A DNA stretch of 64,000 bases from Oculatellaceae cyanobacterium bins.114 (GCA_033764315.1 JANRJA010000187.1:15243-79242), one strand, 5' to 3'; shown: positions 18,272 through 30,228, counted from the stretch's first letter. Notes: a model not told the origin generated them from the sequence alone. Made by a program: numbers and translations.

Positions 18272-19312
18272 TTAACTATTAACGGCTTTAGCAGAGTCAA
18301 GTGTTGCCTTCTCTGAAGGCTGATATTTCAACAACGTTCCCCCTTGACCCAATACAAATCCTTTGTCTGGAGAGACGAACACAACTTTATAGAAGTTAGA
18401 AGGAACGTCTTCAACCGCTTTATCTTTTTGCCAGGTCTTGCCTCCATCAGCACTCCGAAGGAGATTTCCACTGCCCCCAGAAACCCAAACCTCATCGGGA
18501 GTGCGATAGGCCAAATCCAGTAAACCCCAACTGGTAGAAAACTCAGGCGTAACTGGATCTTGCCACTGATCGACGCTGCCAGCAGCACTTAATTGTAGAC
18601 TGCCGCCCCGTGCCAGCAACCACAGATCTCCCTCAGGGCTAAAGCCCATACTCTGGAGTCGTCGTGAACTGGTGCGGTTGTGTTGCTCCCATGCCGTTTG
18701 CCCAGGAGCCCAGGTTGAGTAAAAGTTTCCTCTAGATGAGACAGCAACATAGCCACCATTGGGCGATCGCGCAATAGTTCGCACCACACCAACTGCCTCT
18801 TGCACAAGGGCTTGCCAGGTTTTACCCCCATCTACTGTTTTGTAGATGGCCCCAATATCGGTCGTCATTTCAGCCGTTTTAGGAGATAAGGCAACCACCG
18901 TATTTGGAGAACCAGGTAATTCTTGACTCAACGGCACCCGCAACCAAGATTGACCTCCATCCAGAGTGTGCAACAGAATGCTAGGCTGACCGGCAATCCA
19001 CCCCTCTTGCCCAGTAAAACTAACAGAGGTAAAGGTGTAAGGCAACTCGTCTTCTAAATCAAGCTGGCGTAGTTCCCAAGATTGGCCTCCATCAGAGGTT
19101 TCTAATAACGTCGAATTTTTGCCAACTAGCCAACCATGATCGCGATCGCCCGTAAACGCGATATCTGAAAGAGTCGCATCCGTAGGCAATGACACCAATT
19201 CCCAAGGGCTATAGTCTAGAGATGGCAAAAAGCCACGAGTACACCCAGTACATAAAATTAGGGCAACCAAAACTATAACGATTTGTTTCAGTGATTTCAG
19301 AATTGGATACAT
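18272..19312 (-). CDS. ycf48: PSII assembly factor Ycf48/Hcf136
   Basis: Lipoprotein-like signal, repeated TxDGGxxW motifs, VSSRGNFYSTW, SSRRLQSMGF; conserved position upstream of psbE. Confidence 0.95.
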   Translation of the reverse strand: MYPILKSLKQIVIVLVALILCTGCTRGFLPSLDYSPWELVSLPTDATLSDIAFTGDRDHGWLVGKNSTLLETSDGGQSWELRQLDLEDELPYTFTSVSFTGQEGWIAGQPSILLHTLDGGQSWLRVPLSQELPGSPNTVVALSPKTAEMTTDIGAIYKTVDGGKTWQALVQEAVGVVRTIARSPNGGYVAVSSRGNFYSTWAPGQTAWEQHNRTSSRRLQSMGFSPEGDLWLLARGGSLQLSAAGSVDQWQDPVTPEFSTSWGLLDLAYRTPDEVWVSGGSGNLLRSADGGKTWQKDKAVEDVPSNFYKVVFVSPDKGFVLGQGGTLLKYQPSEKATLDSAKAVNS

Positions 19313-19363
19313 TGATACTTTTTTCTTTATTTAAAAAATGACAACACGGTTAGAGCAATATCG

Positions 19364-19699
19364 TTATTGCAATCCATAGAGACTCAGGAAGAACAGCACC
19401 CCTAACGCCAAAGCACCAAAAATCAAAATATTTTTTTGACCTGAGGTTAGAGTGTTCACTCCCAATCCATATTTCAGGTTTTCCTTGAATCCAGAAGGAT
19501 TGCCGACAGGCCCAACGTTCTGAAACTGCCCCTGACGAGCACCACAGACAGGACATCGCCAATCTTCAGGCAAATCGGGAAAGTCAATACCAGGCGGAAC
19601 ATTACGTGTACTATCGCCCTTTACCGGCTCATACATATAACCGCAAGCACTGCACTCGTGCCGATCGAGGCTTTTAAAATCAACAACTTCGGTGCTCAT
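19364..19699 (-). CDS. rubA: Membrane-bound rubredoxin RubA
   Basis: CSACGYMYEP..WRCPVCGA rubredoxin motifs plus C-terminal TM helix; rubA-ycf48-psbEFLJ synteny. Confidence 0.95.
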   Translation of the reverse strand: MSTEVVDFKSLDRHECSACGYMYEPVKGDSTRNVPPGIDFPDLPEDWRCPVCGARQGQFQNVGPVGNPSGFKENLKYGLGVNTLTSGQKNILIFGALALGVLFFLSLYGLQ

Positions 19700-19789
19700 G
19701 GTAAGGTTTCTGAGATCTGGAACCAGTAATATTAAAATATCTGTTAAAGATTATGACATAAGCTTAGTTCAGAAAAAGCAATGTCTGGG

Positions 19790-20290
19790 TTAAGAGAGCG
19801 ATTCTTCCCCATTCCCGTTAGACCGCTTTGGCCCAGCTAACAGAGAAATCAGCAAGCAAATAATACCGACATTAATAAATACATCTGCCAGGTTAAACAC
19901 GGGAAAGCGGATAAGGCGAAAATCTAAGAAATCAACCACTTCCCCAGCTAAAAAGCGATCAAGCCCGTTCCCCAATGCGCCCGATAAGATAAATCCATAC
20001 CCTATTTCTTCCCAGCGTGTCATTTTAGGGCCTAAGACAGCCAGTGCCATTAATGCCAAGCTAACGATCAATGAAAGCCAGCGCAGCCACCACACCCCGC
20101 CACTAAATAAACTAAAAGCCGCTCCTTTGTTAGTCACAAACGTGAGATGAAACACCCCTGCCCAGAGGGGAATGCTTTGCCCCAACTCAAGACTTTGAAC
20201 AATCCAATACTTAGTTACCTGGTCTAGTGCTAAACCAATGAGGGTAACAATCCAAAAGGCACGATTTTTGAAAGGCATGACAAAGGGCAA
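19790..20290 (-). CDS. lspA: Lipoprotein signal peptidase II
   Basis: DQVTK, NKGAAFS, GALGNGLDR, VVDFLDF, FPVFNLAD. Confidence 0.95.
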   Translation of the reverse strand: MPFVMPFKNRAFWIVTLIGLALDQVTKYWIVQSLELGQSIPLWAGVFHLTFVTNKGAAFSLFSGGVWWLRWLSLIVSLALMALAVLGPKMTRWEEIGYGFILSGALGNGLDRFLAGEVVDFLDFRLIRFPVFNLADVFINVGIICLLISLLAGPKRSNGNGEESLS

Positions 20291-20328
20291 GCGTAAAAAT
20301 TAAGCACAACACAAAATGCGTCTTGGAT

Positions 20329-20901
20329 CTAGTAGAACATGAGATGGCGCAGGGCGAAAGAAATAACCGTGACCGCACAGACGATCGCCAATTGCCCTGG
20401 CAAAGGATTAAATGAGTAAGTGGCGATCGCCTGCCAAAGAGTGAGATTAGGAGCGTTTAACCACCCTCCGTTGTAGCCCAATATCATATAAGCCACCCCA
20501 ACCGCATGAATCGACAGCAACCCAGAGATACAGCTAAACGCCAACGACTCCAAGCGCGGGGGCAAGCGAAACGCAAACAGACCACAGATCCAGGCACCAG
20601 GAATGAACCCTAACAAATAACCAAACCCAGGTCGGTGAATATAATCGACTCCACCTCCTTGAGTAAACACGTTAAACCAGGTCAACCCTAAGAGCAGATA
20701 AGCAATTTGTGAGATAGCCGCTGCCGTTTTGCCACCCATGCAGCCAACCAAGAGCACTGCCCCAATCTGGTAAGTGACTCCGAGAGACTGGGCTTGCAAT
20801 CCTTGCTGCCCCCAACTCGTAATAAACGCTTCTAGAAAAGTGCCACCAATCGTTAGGATTAAGCCGATCAAAGCCCACAATAGTTCAGTGGGAGAAATCA
20901 T
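20329..20901 (-). CDS. bioY: BioY family biotin transporter
   Basis: Multi-TM protein, VTYQIGAVLL, AYLLLGL..VF..GGG, GFGYLLGF. Confidence 0.85.
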   Translation of the reverse strand: MISPTELLWALIGLILTIGGTFLEAFITSWGQQGLQAQSLGVTYQIGAVLLVGCMGGKTAAAISQIAYLLLGLTWFNVFTQGGGVDYIHRPGFGYLLGFIPGAWICGLFAFRLPPRLESLAFSCISGLLSIHAVGVAYMILGYNGGWLNAPNLTLWQAIATYSFNPLPGQLAIVCAVTVISFALRHLMFY

Positions 20902-21034
20902 TTCACTAACAGGGCTATGTTGCCCTCATAACTTAACTGCAAATATGCGTAAAAATTTTCCCACATTATGGTTGGGGAATAGCATTCCGACTCAGCAGGT
21001 GTTTCAAAACCGCTTTTGAATGAAACTTCATTTT

Positions 21035-21066
21035 GTAGGATGCTGTTAGTGAAGCGTAACGCATCC
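21035..21066. repeat. GTAG-type REP-like palindrome
   Basis: GTAGGATGCTGTTA..TAACGCATCC imperfect inverted repeat. Confidence 0.55.
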
Positions 21067-21267
21067 ATGACGCAAAAGTTTTAACTTTATGTAAGAACCC
21101 AGGTTGCCAAGTGCATAACGTCTATGGCGATCGCCATAGCTTTTGAATTAGGACAGAGCAGGAGTGCCACTCTTTCCACTCTAATGAGAGGCATCATTCC
21201 CACACTCCCTCCCAATGTCCTAAGCAACTTGGCAACCGCTATAGCCAATCAAACAGCCAAATTTGGG

Positions 21268-22134
21268 TCACAAACGAGTAGGAATAGAGTGTCTTACCTC
21301 TAAGGGCAGGGATGACAGATTGAATCTCTCTTGAATCTCTGGCTTGTCAACCTTGCTGTCGTACGATAGACCAAATTTAAGCCCTACCGTTTCTGATAAC
21401 CTTTCAGATGTAAACGTTTTATAAAGCTTTTTAATGCGAGAAATCAACTCTTTGTAATCAAACCAGTCTTGTAACGGACGATTACCCCGAAAATAAAGAT
21501 TCTCTCCATTGTCAATCACATAGACTGCACCTGGGAAAGGAAGTAGTTCCAGATGGTACCCCTTGTCACTCATCATCTTCTTCATCGTTTTATGATTGGT
21601 TGAGTAAGCTGCAAGATCATCATTTCTAGGATCTTCAGGTAGATCAATCAAGTCATATTTAAGAATGTGAGAGGAGCCACAGAAAAGATGGAATTTCTCT
21701 TTTCTCAAAAAAATGCGATCGCTGCCATCTTTATATTCATATCCTTGCCCAAAAAACCAACCGTGGCTATCAGGTCGGTGATTGACAAACTCTGCTAAAT
21801 CCTGGCTCACGCAATCATCTGCATCAACAACCATGACATGAGAGGGCTCAAACTCTTGAGCTGCAACTAAACCAGTGAATGCTTTGCGTTTGCGATCTTG
21901 CCTTTTTTCTTTAATATCAGAGTTGCGATTGGGTGCTGGAAAATCAACTTGAATGTAGGCAAGATTAGGGTGCTGAAACTGGATTTCTGGTATCTCGTGA
22001 CAGACAACAATCACCCTAAAATCAATAGAAGTTTGATTGCAAATTGAGCGAACACATCGGTCAAAGAGTTGCGAAACCGTTTTCCACGAAGCTGAAACTT
22101 TCGCGCTCTTAAGAGGAACGACAAAAACTATCAT
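21268..22134 (-). CDS. Glycosyltransferase family A (GT2-like)
   Basis: MIVFVVPLKS, RSICNQT..FRVIVVCHE, VMVVDADD (DxD); likely start ATG 22134 after GAGG. Confidence 0.8.
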   Translation of the reverse strand: MIVFVVPLKSAKVSASWKTVSQLFDRCVRSICNQTSIDFRVIVVCHEIPEIQFQHPNLAYIQVDFPAPNRNSDIKEKRQDRKRKAFTGLVAAQEFEPSHVMVVDADDCVSQDLAEFVNHRPDSHGWFFGQGYEYKDGSDRIFLRKEKFHLFCGSSHILKYDLIDLPEDPRNDDLAAYSTNHKTMKKMMSDKGYHLELLPFPGAVYVIDNGENLYFRGNRPLQDWFDYKELISRIKKLYKTFTSERLSETVGLKFGLSYDSKVDKPEIQERFNLSSLPLEVRHSIPTRL

Positions 22135-22561
22135 ATTTACCTCTGATAAAGCTCTTGAAAAGAAATCAAGGCGGGCTAAATGCATTAACCCTGAATGGAG
22201 TGCACCTTGTCTAAGTAAAGGGACGTCGATAAAGAGATTAATAGGTTGCTAAAAGAATTAGCTAAGCGATCGCTCTAATCTCATTTAATTTTGTCCTTCT
22301 ACTGAATACCCTTACTTATTTACTAACGTATTCAATCTGTATCCGGAATAGGTAAATTAACCGTGAAGAAAAGTGCCAACACAAAAACTTGCCGCGAAGA
22401 TAGCATGCACTCAAATAATCCCTACTTAATCTAATAATGCACTAATAATTACAACGTATTTAGAATTACGCAAAAAGCTGCGCCATTCTAATCGAAACGA
22501 TACAGCTTTCTCCAATGATGTATCTATTTCTCTGGCTACTAAAAGTAGAGCTGATAGTCCT

Positions 22562-22663
22562 AATACCAATTCATTGTGAAGTTGTATAGAACTGAGTCTG
22601 AAAGCTTTATAGGGAAGGCGTTTCAAGCTTCTTGGTCGTACAGCTTTATACAAAATTGGTATA
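22562..22663. mobile_element. ~102-bp MITE-like element (family C)
   Basis: Imperfect ~25-bp TIRs AATACCAATTCATTGTGAAGTTGTA / TACAGCTTTATACAAAATTGGTATA; same end type as at 63942. Confidence 0.6.
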
Positions 22664-23010
22664 AGCAAGTAAGGATGTGCCACACTCCACACGGCACATC
22701 CTTCCTCAAAAGCTATTGTTTTTAGAGCATTACCGTAAAGTTTTATCTTTACGTTTATTTCCTGCTCTTCTGATCTTTATTAGGCATTAAAAATCGCTCG
22801 TGAAAAGGGCATCTCTAGAGCCACTCAATTTATATCCATAGCATTATTTACGAAAGGCTGAGAATTCCTAAAATCAACACGATCGCCATCCCCGCTAACA
22901 TCCCATAAGACAGTTTTAACCAGGTATAACGCCAGAGTGGACGGTGACGATCATTCATAGGAGTGTCGTTTATTTCTAATTGGTGGACGTAGATTACTCA
23001 AAAGATTGGA

Positions 23011-23271
23011 TTAACCTTGCTCGTCAGGCATAGCTTCTGCTGCGATCGCCTCTTGAATAAATAACTTAGCAAGGCGATCGTACATCCCTGCCCCAATGTA
23101 TTGCGGGTATTTGTGTAATCGACTATAAACCCACACTAACTCATCAAAGAGAAAAATACGGATGTCTTCGGTCAAGCTTTTGCATTGCGGAATTAACGAT
23201 TTAGCGGCTTCTAGCGCATCAGTCCAACGCTCAAACTCTTGAGATGATCGGGGTGTGACTACTTTGAACAT
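23011..23271 (-). CDS. Small conserved hypothetical protein (86 aa)
   Basis: ATG-started ORF with protein-like composition (VWVYSRLHKYPQYIGAGMYDRLAKLFI). Confidence 0.7.
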   Translation of the reverse strand: MFKVVTPRSSQEFERWTDALEAAKSLIPQCKSLTEDIRIFLFDELVWVYSRLHKYPQYIGAGMYDRLAKLFIQEAIAAEAMPDEQG

Positions 23272-23291
23272 AAGTCAATTGTAAAAATTAT

Positions 23292-23375
23292 AACCCTCTC
23301 CCCAAGCCCCTCTTCAAAACGAAAAGGGGCTTCCGGTTCTCCTTGTTTGCAAGGAAGGGGTTAGGGGGTTGGGTT
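23292..23375. repeat. C/G-run dispersed palindromic repeat downstream of acnB
   Basis: AACCCTCTCCCCAAGCCCCT..AGGGGCTT..GGAAGGGGTTAGGGGGTTGGGTT nested hairpins. Confidence 0.5.
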
Positions 23376-23388
23376 CTTCCTCATCTAT

Positions 23389-26001
23389 TTAGTGACCTGC
23401 GGCGGTTGGCATCCCCAGAAGGTCTTCAATTCGAGGCATTTCATCCAGTGGAATCACTCGTCCCTCATCCTCAAAACCAGCAATTTGGTCAAAGTTGAGA
23501 TAGCGATAGAGATCCGCCGCAAACGGATCAATTTTGCTCTGGACGATCGCCATATATTCTTCCACCGTTGGAATGTGTCCTAACAGCGCACAAACCGCTG
23601 CCAACTCAGCCGATCCCAAATAAACTTGTGCATCTTTGCCCATACGGTTATTAAAGTTGCGTGTCGAAGTCGAAAACACCGTCACACCATCAGCGACTCG
23701 TGCTTGATTGCCCATACAGAGCGAACATCCTGGCATCTCGGTTCTAGCTCCAGCCGCCGCAAAAATCCCGTACATGCCTTCTTCCCGCAGTTGTTTTTCA
23801 TCCATGCGAGTCGGTGGACAAATCCACAGGCGCACCTTCACCGGACCTGCTCCCTCTAAAATTTTGGCAGCAGCACGATAGTGACCAATGTTGGTCATAC
23901 AAGAGCCAATAAAGACCTCATGAATTGGATCTCCTGCACACTCTGACATCAGTTTGATGTTATCAGGATCATTAGGAGCCGCCACTAGAGGTGCTTTAAT
24001 GCTATTGAGATCAACCTCAATGATCTCGGCATACTCTGCATCTGGATCAGCCTCCATCAACACCGGGTTAGCTAACCACTGCTCCATCTTGGCAATTCGC
24101 CGCAAGATAGTACGAGCATCGCCATAGCCCCGTGCCACCATGTTCTTCATCAGTGCCACGTTCGATCGCAGATATTCCGCTACGGTGTCCGTGCTGAGTT
24201 TGATCGTACAGCCCGCACAGGATCTTTCTGCCGTCGCATCCGTTAGCTCAAACGCTTGCTCTAGCTTCAGGTCAGGCAAGCCTTCCATCTCCATAATGCG
24301 ACCGGAAAAGACGTTCTTTTTGTTTTGCTTTTCAACGGTCAGCTGCCCCGACTGAATAGCGACATAGGGAATAGCGTTGACCACATCCCGCAGCGTAACA
24401 CCGGGTTGCAAGGTGCCCTTAAACCTGACTAACACCGATTCGGGCATGTCGAGCGGCATCACCCCTAACGCCGCCGCAAATGCTACCAAGCCAGACCCTG
24501 CCGGGAAGGAGATGCCTAAGGGGAAGCGTGTATGAGAATCGCCACCTGTACCTACCGTATCGGGCAACAGCATGCGATTCAACCAGGAATGAATAATGCC
24601 ATCACCAGGACGCAAGGAAACGCCCCCCCGTGAGTTGATGAAATCGGGTAAATCTTTGTGGGTTTTGATATCAACTGGCTTGGGATACGCCGCTGTGTGG
24701 CAAAAGCTCTGCATCACCAAGTCAGCACTAAAACCAAGACAGGCAAGCTCTTTCAATTCATCACGAGTCATCGGTCCGGTCGTGTCCTGCGACCCAACTG
24801 TTGTCATCAACGGTTCACAAGAGGTGCCCGGACGAACTCCCGGCAGACCACAAGCCTTGCCTACCATCTTTTGAGCCAGGGTAAAGCCTTTGCCCGTATC
24901 AACTGGGGCCTGTGGACGAATAAACAGGGTACTGGGTTCCAAACCCAATGCCACACGAGTTTTGTCGGTTAAGGTGCGCCCAATCAGCAAGGGAATACGT
25001 CCACCTGCCCGCACTTCATCCAAAATGGTGTCAGGTTTGAGGCTAAAGGTAGAAATGACTTCTCCAGCTTCATTGGTGATTTCCCCTTTATAAGGGTAGA
25101 TCGTGATGACATCGCCCGTTTTCAGGTGAGTCACATCGCACTCAATCGGCAGCGCACCAGAATCTTCTGCCGTGTTGAAGAAAATTGGAGCAATTTTGCC
25201 ACCCAAAATAAAACCGCCCGATCGCTTATTGGGTACAAAGGGAATGTCTTGCCCGATATGCCACAACACCGAGTTGATTGCAGACTTGCGAGAGGAACCC
25301 GTTCCCACAACATCGCCCACATAGGCCACGGGGTGTCCTTTCTGCTTCAATTGGGTAATGGTGTCTAACCCTCCAGGCATCCGCGTTTCCAGCATCACGA
25401 GGGCATGCAGCGGGATGTCAGGACGAGTCGTGGCGTGGGGAGCCGGGGAGAGATCATCAGTGTTGGTCTCACCTGGCACTTTAAAGACAGTGACGGTAAT
25501 GGCCTCTGGCAGCTCAGGGCGAGTTGTAAACCATGCTGCATCTGCCCACGCCTGCATCACCTGCTGAGCATAGGAGTTGCCACTCTCGGCTAACTCCTGG
25601 ACATCGTGAAAGGCATCATAAACTAACAAAATTTTGCTCAGAGAATCGGCCGCATGACCCGCAATCTCTGCATCAGACGAGTGCAGCAGATCAATCAAGG
25701 ACTGCACGTTATAACCGCCCATCATGGTGCCTAAGAGTTCTACCGCATCATGGGGAGAAACAAGGGGGCTAGTCGCCTCACCTTTGGCGATCGCTGTTAA
25801 AAATCCGGCTTTGACATAGGCTGCTTGATCGACCCCAGGTGGCACGCGATCGCGCAACAACATCAGTAAAGTTTCTGCCTCATCAGCAGGAGGATTCTTG
25901 AGCATGTCACATAGATCTGACATTTGCTCAGCAGTTAATGGCAATGGGGGAATTCCTAATGCTGCTCGCTCAGCAACATGATTACGGTAAGCATCCAACA
26001 T
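23389..26001 (-). CDS. acnB: Aconitate hydratase B
   Basis: [59 protein letters not shown]; start MLDAY at 26001. Confidence 0.97.
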   Translation of the reverse strand: MLDAYRNHVAERAALGIPPLPLTAEQMSDLCDMLKNPPADEAETLLMLLRDRVPPGVDQAAYVKAGFLTAIAKGEATSPLVSPHDAVELLGTMMGGYNVQSLIDLLHSSDAEIAGHAADSLSKILLVYDAFHDVQELAESGNSYAQQVMQAWADAAWFTTRPELPEAITVTVFKVPGETNTDDLSPAPHATTRPDIPLHALVMLETRMPGGLDTITQLKQKGHPVAYVGDVVGTGSSRKSAINSVLWHIGQDIPFVPNKRSGGFILGGKIAPIFFNTAEDSGALPIECDVTHLKTGDVITIYPYKGEITNEAGEVISTFSLKPDTILDEVRAGGRIPLLIGRTLTDKTRVALGLEPSTLFIRPQAPVDTGKGFTLAQKMVGKACGLPGVRPGTSCEPLMTTVGSQDTTGPMTRDELKELACLGFSADLVMQSFCHTAAYPKPVDIKTHKDLPDFINSRGGVSLRPGDGIIHSWLNRMLLPDTVGTGGDSHTRFPLGISFPAGSGLVAFAAALGVMPLDMPESVLVRFKGTLQPGVTLRDVVNAIPYVAIQSGQLTVEKQNKKNVFSGRIMEMEGLPDLKLEQAFELTDATAERSCAGCTIKLSTDTVAEYLRSNVALMKNMVARGYGDARTILRRIAKMEQWLANPVLMEADPDAEYAEIIEVDLNSIKAPLVAAPNDPDNIKLMSECAGDPIHEVFIGSCMTNIGHYRAAAKILEGAGPVKVRLWICPPTRMDEKQLREEGMYGIFAAAGARTEMPGCSLCMGNQARVADGVTVFSTSTRNFNNRMGKDAQVYLGSAELAAVCALLGHIPTVEEYMAIVQSKIDPFAADLYRYLNFDQIAGFEDEGRVIPLDEMPRIEDLLGMPTAAGH

Positions 26002-26475
26002 CTTCAAAGGCTCTCTAGAGGACGGTATAAAACTTTTCACTCAGGCTTAATTTTTGCTTTAACGAGTATATTTCTACGGTAACGTGCTGCACAGTTCAAT
26101 GGTCGTTATGAAACCAGGATGCCAAACCATCATTTCCCATCTCAAAAACGAGTCAAATCCTAAGAAATATGCATATTCTTTGCAGACAATACACAGTTTC
26201 TTGATATTCCGCCCCAAATTTCAGGTTAACGTTTGAATTGACTTGAGTATTTTCTCTGTCTCCGGGGCAGACTCAATCTAAGCGTAAGTTAAAAAAGTAA
26301 GTGAATATCAGCATGATGGATTCAGTTAATAAAAGCTAGCTATAGATAGTGTCAAGTGTTATAAGGTAGTCTGATTGCAATTGCATTCGCATCCCAGCAC
26401 AGCTCTAGCAGGCTTTATTAACCCATCATCAATTATTACGGTTGGCTCTATTCAGCTCAAAAAGGATCAACGAGG

Positions 26476-27555
26476 ATGACGCAACGGAAACGAGCATTAA
26501 TCACTGGAATTACAGGTCAGGATGGGTCCTATCTCAGTGAACTTTTGATGGAAAAAGGATATGAAGTTCATGGCATCATTCGCCGAACCTCAACCTTTAA
26601 CACCGATCGGATTGACCACATCTATGAAGATCCCCATAACGAAGGTGCTCAGCTGTTTCTCCACTACGGTGATCTAACAGATGGCACGACTCTACGGCGC
26701 ATCTTGGAAGACGTGAAACCCGTTGAAATTTATAATTTAGGCGCACAATCCCACGTGCGAGTCAGCTTTGACTCACCTGAATACACCGCAGACTCAGTCG
26801 GCATGGGTACTCTGCGTTTGTTAGAAGCCATTCGCGATTATCAGCAACGAACGGGTGTTGAAGTGCGGTTTTACCAGGCAGGTTCCTCTGAAATGTTTGG
26901 TAAGGTGCAAGAGGTACCGCAAAAAGAAACCACTCCTTTCTATCCACGTAGTCCTTACGCCTGCGCCAAGCTCTATGCTCACTGGCAAACCGTCAACTAT
27001 CGCGAATCCTACGGGTTGTTTGCTTGCAATGGCATCTTATTTAACCATGAGTCTCCTCGTCGGGGTGAAACGTTTGTAACGCGCAAAATCACCCGTGCCT
27101 TGGCTCGCATCGTGGCAGGCCAGCAGAAAAAGCTTTATATGGGTAATCTCGACTCCAAGCGTGACTGGGGTTATGCCAAAGATTACGTTCGTGCGATGTG
27201 GATGATGCTGCAACACACCGAGGCTGACGATTATGTAATTGCCACAGGTGAAACTTACTCCATCCGGCAGTTCCTCGATTTGGCATTTGGCTATGTCAAC
27301 CTTAACTGGCAAGACTATGTTGAGTTTGATGAGCGATATTTGCGTCCGGCAGAGGTCGATTTGCTGATTGGTGACCCGACTAAAGCCAAGCAAAAGCTGG
27401 GGTGGGAACCCTCTGTCACGTTTGAGCAGTTAGTGGCGTTAATGGTCGAAGCCGATCTCAAAGCACTAGGATTGGTTCCCTTAAATGGGCACTCCGTTCA
27501 AACGGTTACAGACACTGCCACAATTCGCCAAAGCACTGGCAGCTACGCATCCTGA
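26476..27555 (+). CDS. gmd: GDP-mannose 4,6-dehydratase
   Basis: [46 protein letters not shown]. Confidence 0.97.
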   Translation: MTQRKRALITGITGQDGSYLSELLMEKGYEVHGIIRRTSTFNTDRIDHIYEDPHNEGAQLFLHYGDLTDGTTLRRILEDVKPVEIYNLGAQSHVRVSFDSPEYTADSVGMGTLRLLEAIRDYQQRTGVEVRFYQAGSSEMFGKVQEVPQKETTPFYPRSPYACAKLYAHWQTVNYRESYGLFACNGILFNHESPRRGETFVTRKITRALARIVAGQQKKLYMGNLDSKRDWGYAKDYVRAMWMMLQHTEADDYVIATGETYSIRQFLDLAFGYVNLNWQDYVEFDERYLRPAEVDLLIGDPTKAKQKLGWEPSVTFEQLVALMVEADLKALGLVPLNGHSVQTVTDTATIRQSTGSYAS

Positions 27556-27744
27556 GCGATGCCTCCTCGTGAATTTCCCACTTAACATTTAACTCGCTCA
27601 TTTGAATAGAGTCAGCCCGCAAAATTGAGTTGAATCATCAAACCAGTGTTGTGCCTGACTCTGCTCAAGCCCGACTTTGTCTGGATGTTAGAGTGCTGCT
27701 AACAGACTCAGGAACATCACTCAGCAAAAGTAACCCTCAACCCT

Positions 27745-28692
27745 ATGACTACACAACTTAACCTTGCCGATAAGCGTATCCTGGTGACTGGTGGAGCAGG
27801 CTTTCTTGGCCGTCAAGTGGTCGATCAACTCTGCAAAGCTGGGGCTGACCCTGCCAAGATTACAGTGCCGCGATCGCGCGATTATGATTTGCGTCAGATG
27901 GAAAGCTGTCAGCGGGCTGTTGATCAACAAGATGTCGTCATTCACCTGGCCGCTCACGTCGGTGGCATTGGCTTAAACCGCGAAAAGCCAGCTGAGTTAT
28001 TTTATGACAACTTAATGATGGGGACTCAACTGATCCACGCTGCCTATGAAGCAGGTGTTGAGAAATTCACCTGCGTTGGAACGATTTGTGCCTATCCCAA
28101 ATTTACGCCAGTGCCGTTTAAAGAAGACGACATTTGGGATGGCTATCCAGAAGAAACCAACGCCCCCTACGGCATCGCTAAAAAAGCCTTGCTAGTGCAA
28201 CTGCAGTCCTATCGAATGCAATATGGCTTTGATGGCATCTATTTACTGCCTGTCAACCTGTATGGCCCTGAAGATAACTTTGATCCGCGCAGTTCTCACG
28301 TTATTCCAGCGTTGATCCGCAAGGTTCACGAAGCTCAAGAACGGGGAGACAAGCAAATTCCAGTATGGGGTGATGGCAGCCCAACTCGTGAGTTCCTCTA
28401 TTCCACTGATGCGGCTCGTGGCATCGTCATGGGAACTCAATCCTATGATGAGCCTGACCCGGTGAACCTGGGAACAGGCTATGAAATCACCATCAAAGAC
28501 TTGATTCACTTGATCTGTGAATTGATGAACTATGAGGGTGAAATTGTCTGGGAAACGAATCAGCCAAATGGTCAGCCTCGTCGTTGTTTAGACACTCAAC
28601 GTGCCAAAGAAAAATTTGGCTTTGTTGCAGAGGTTGAGTTTAAGCAAGGGTTAAAAAATACGATTGACTGGTATCGCCAACATGCGGCTTAG
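27745..28692 (+). CDS. fcl: GDP-L-fucose synthase
   Basis: [53 protein letters not shown]. Confidence 0.95.
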   Translation: MTTQLNLADKRILVTGGAGFLGRQVVDQLCKAGADPAKITVPRSRDYDLRQMESCQRAVDQQDVVIHLAAHVGGIGLNREKPAELFYDNLMMGTQLIHAAYEAGVEKFTCVGTICAYPKFTPVPFKEDDIWDGYPEETNAPYGIAKKALLVQLQSYRMQYGFDGIYLLPVNLYGPEDNFDPRSSHVIPALIRKVHEAQERGDKQIPVWGDGSPTREFLYSTDAARGIVMGTQSYDEPDPVNLGTGYEITIKDLIHLICELMNYEGEIVWETNQPNGQPRRCLDTQRAKEKFGFVAEVEFKQGLKNTIDWYRQHAA

Positions 28693-28861
28693 TTGCGCTG
28701 TAAGCCTCATCGCCAGTCGTTGATCCCGATCTAGCCACTAAAGCGTTGCTCAAGGGGTGCAGGGATGTCAAGGACTAAACCGTCCAATCGGCATCCCTGC
28801 TGTGTTTTCTAGGGTTAAGGGTGGAGTAAAATGACCCATTGAAGACCGTTTTGGCAAATTT

Positions 28862-29455
28862 GTGAACGCGACTGACTCTCAACCCGGTAAAGCAGAACTG
28901 AGGCGATCGCTTTTAAAGGCTAGGCAAGCACTCCACCCAGATCTGTGGCGCGAAAAGAGCGATCGCATCTGTGCCCACTTGCACAACTGGTCCGTGTTTA
29001 GCCAAGCTCAAACCGTCCTCGCCTATTTTAGTTTTCGGCAAGAACCTGATCTCAGCCCTCTGTTCACGCCCTCTCGCATTTGGGGTTTTCCACGCTGTGT
29101 TGACAAGTCAATGGTGTGGCATCAGTGGATACCCACCGCGATCGGAGCACGACAATATCCGTTGCAAGCAGGAGCATTTGGGATCTTAGAACCTCATCCT
29201 TATGCGCCTCAGATCCAACCATCTGACGTAGACCTAATTCTCGTGCCTGCGGTAGCGTGTGATGTCTGGGGCTATCGTTTGGGTTATGGGGGCGGTTTCT
29301 ACGATCGCATGTTGAGTTCACCCCAGTGGATTGGCAAGCCAACCATCGGCATTGTCTTTGAGTTTGCCCGCTTACCGCGATTACCCATTGATCCCTGGGA
29401 TCGCCCCCTTCAAGGCATTTGTACTGAGGCAGGGTTGTTTCTCAAGGAAGAATAG
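28862..29455 (+). CDS. 5-formyltetrahydrofolate cyclo-ligase
   Basis: KAELRR, FGILEP, DLILVPAVACD..GYRLGYGGGFYDR. Confidence 0.9.
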   Translation: MNATDSQPGKAELRRSLLKARQALHPDLWREKSDRICAHLHNWSVFSQAQTVLAYFSFRQEPDLSPLFTPSRIWGFPRCVDKSMVWHQWIPTAIGARQYPLQAGAFGILEPHPYAPQIQPSDVDLILVPAVACDVWGYRLGYGGGFYDRMLSSPQWIGKPTIGIVFEFARLPRLPIDPWDRPLQGICTEAGLFLKEE

Positions 29456-29575
29456 TGAATACAAAATCCTTCATTGAGTTTAGCGATCGCCCCTCACAGC
29501 TATTCCTAACTGGAGATATCCATTTCCAGATGGTTAAGGTATAGTTAAGGGCTTAGTGATTTCAAGTGTAGAACG

Positions 29576-30163
29576 ATGGCGAAAAAGAAAATGAAAAATA
29601 ACCAACCTCCTGATACAGGACATTCTATACAGGATGTGCAGGATGTACAGGATGTACAGGAGAAACAAGGGGTTATGGGTGCTCTAGGTACGAATGCAAA
29701 AACCATTGGCACGACGATTGCAGGGGTGCTCATTGGAGAAATCATTGAAGCAGCGGTAGAGCGGCTCGTTCAAAAAGCTGGCAATGGTAGACAAGACCAC
29801 ACCTCAGATGAGAATGGCGATACTGTTAAAGGCGATCATGACAACAGCCCGATTCAAAGTGCAGCCGTCAGCGTGCAAGACAATTTGAATGATGTCAAGC
29901 TGACCATGCAGGATGCGATCGATGCTGTTAGGTCAGCTGTGGGAGATGTCGCCCCTAAATTAGTCGATGCCTTAAAAGCTGTTCCAGAACGCTCACAACA
30001 ATCCGTACAACGGTCAGCCAGTCATGTCGGCAATACGACGAAAACAGCGGTGCGAGAGGCAGTTGATACGGCTAAAAGTGCAGTCGCCGAACTTGTTCCC
30101 AACTCCTCTGATAAGCCCTCCAAGAAAGGGAAAAAAAGCAAAAAGAAGCACAAAAAATCGTGA
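29576..30163 (+). CDS. Hypothetical protein with Lys-rich termini
   Basis: 195-aa ORF; MAKKKMK start, QDVQDVQDV repeat, one hydrophobic segment, KKGKKSKKKHKKS end. Confidence 0.65.
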   Translation: MAKKKMKNNQPPDTGHSIQDVQDVQDVQEKQGVMGALGTNAKTIGTTIAGVLIGEIIEAAVERLVQKAGNGRQDHTSDENGDTVKGDHDNSPIQSAAVSVQDNLNDVKLTMQDAIDAVRSAVGDVAPKLVDALKAVPERSQQSVQRSASHVGNTTKTAVREAVDTAKSAVAELVPNSSDKPSKKGKKSKKKHKKS

Positions 30164-30196
30164 TTTGAGCATGGATGTTTGCACGGAAAACAGAGT

Positions 30197-30228
30197 TGGT
30201 AGGGATTTCGGTTGCGAAATCCCTACCA
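30197..30228. repeat. GTAG-type REP-like hairpin / possible bidirectional terminator
   Basis: TGGTAGGGATTTCG-GTTG-CGAAATCCCTACCA perfect 14-bp stem between convergent genes. Confidence 0.7.

Noticed and set aside
22426..22692. 88-aa minus-strand ORF
   Set aside because: Runs through a MITE and AT-rich intergenic DNA; no protein motif
28693..28861. 6S RNA upstream of 5-formyl-THF cyclo-ligase
   Set aside because: That synteny is mainly proteobacterial; only a local GCAGGGATG/CATCCCTGC hairpin is visible, not an extended 6S rod
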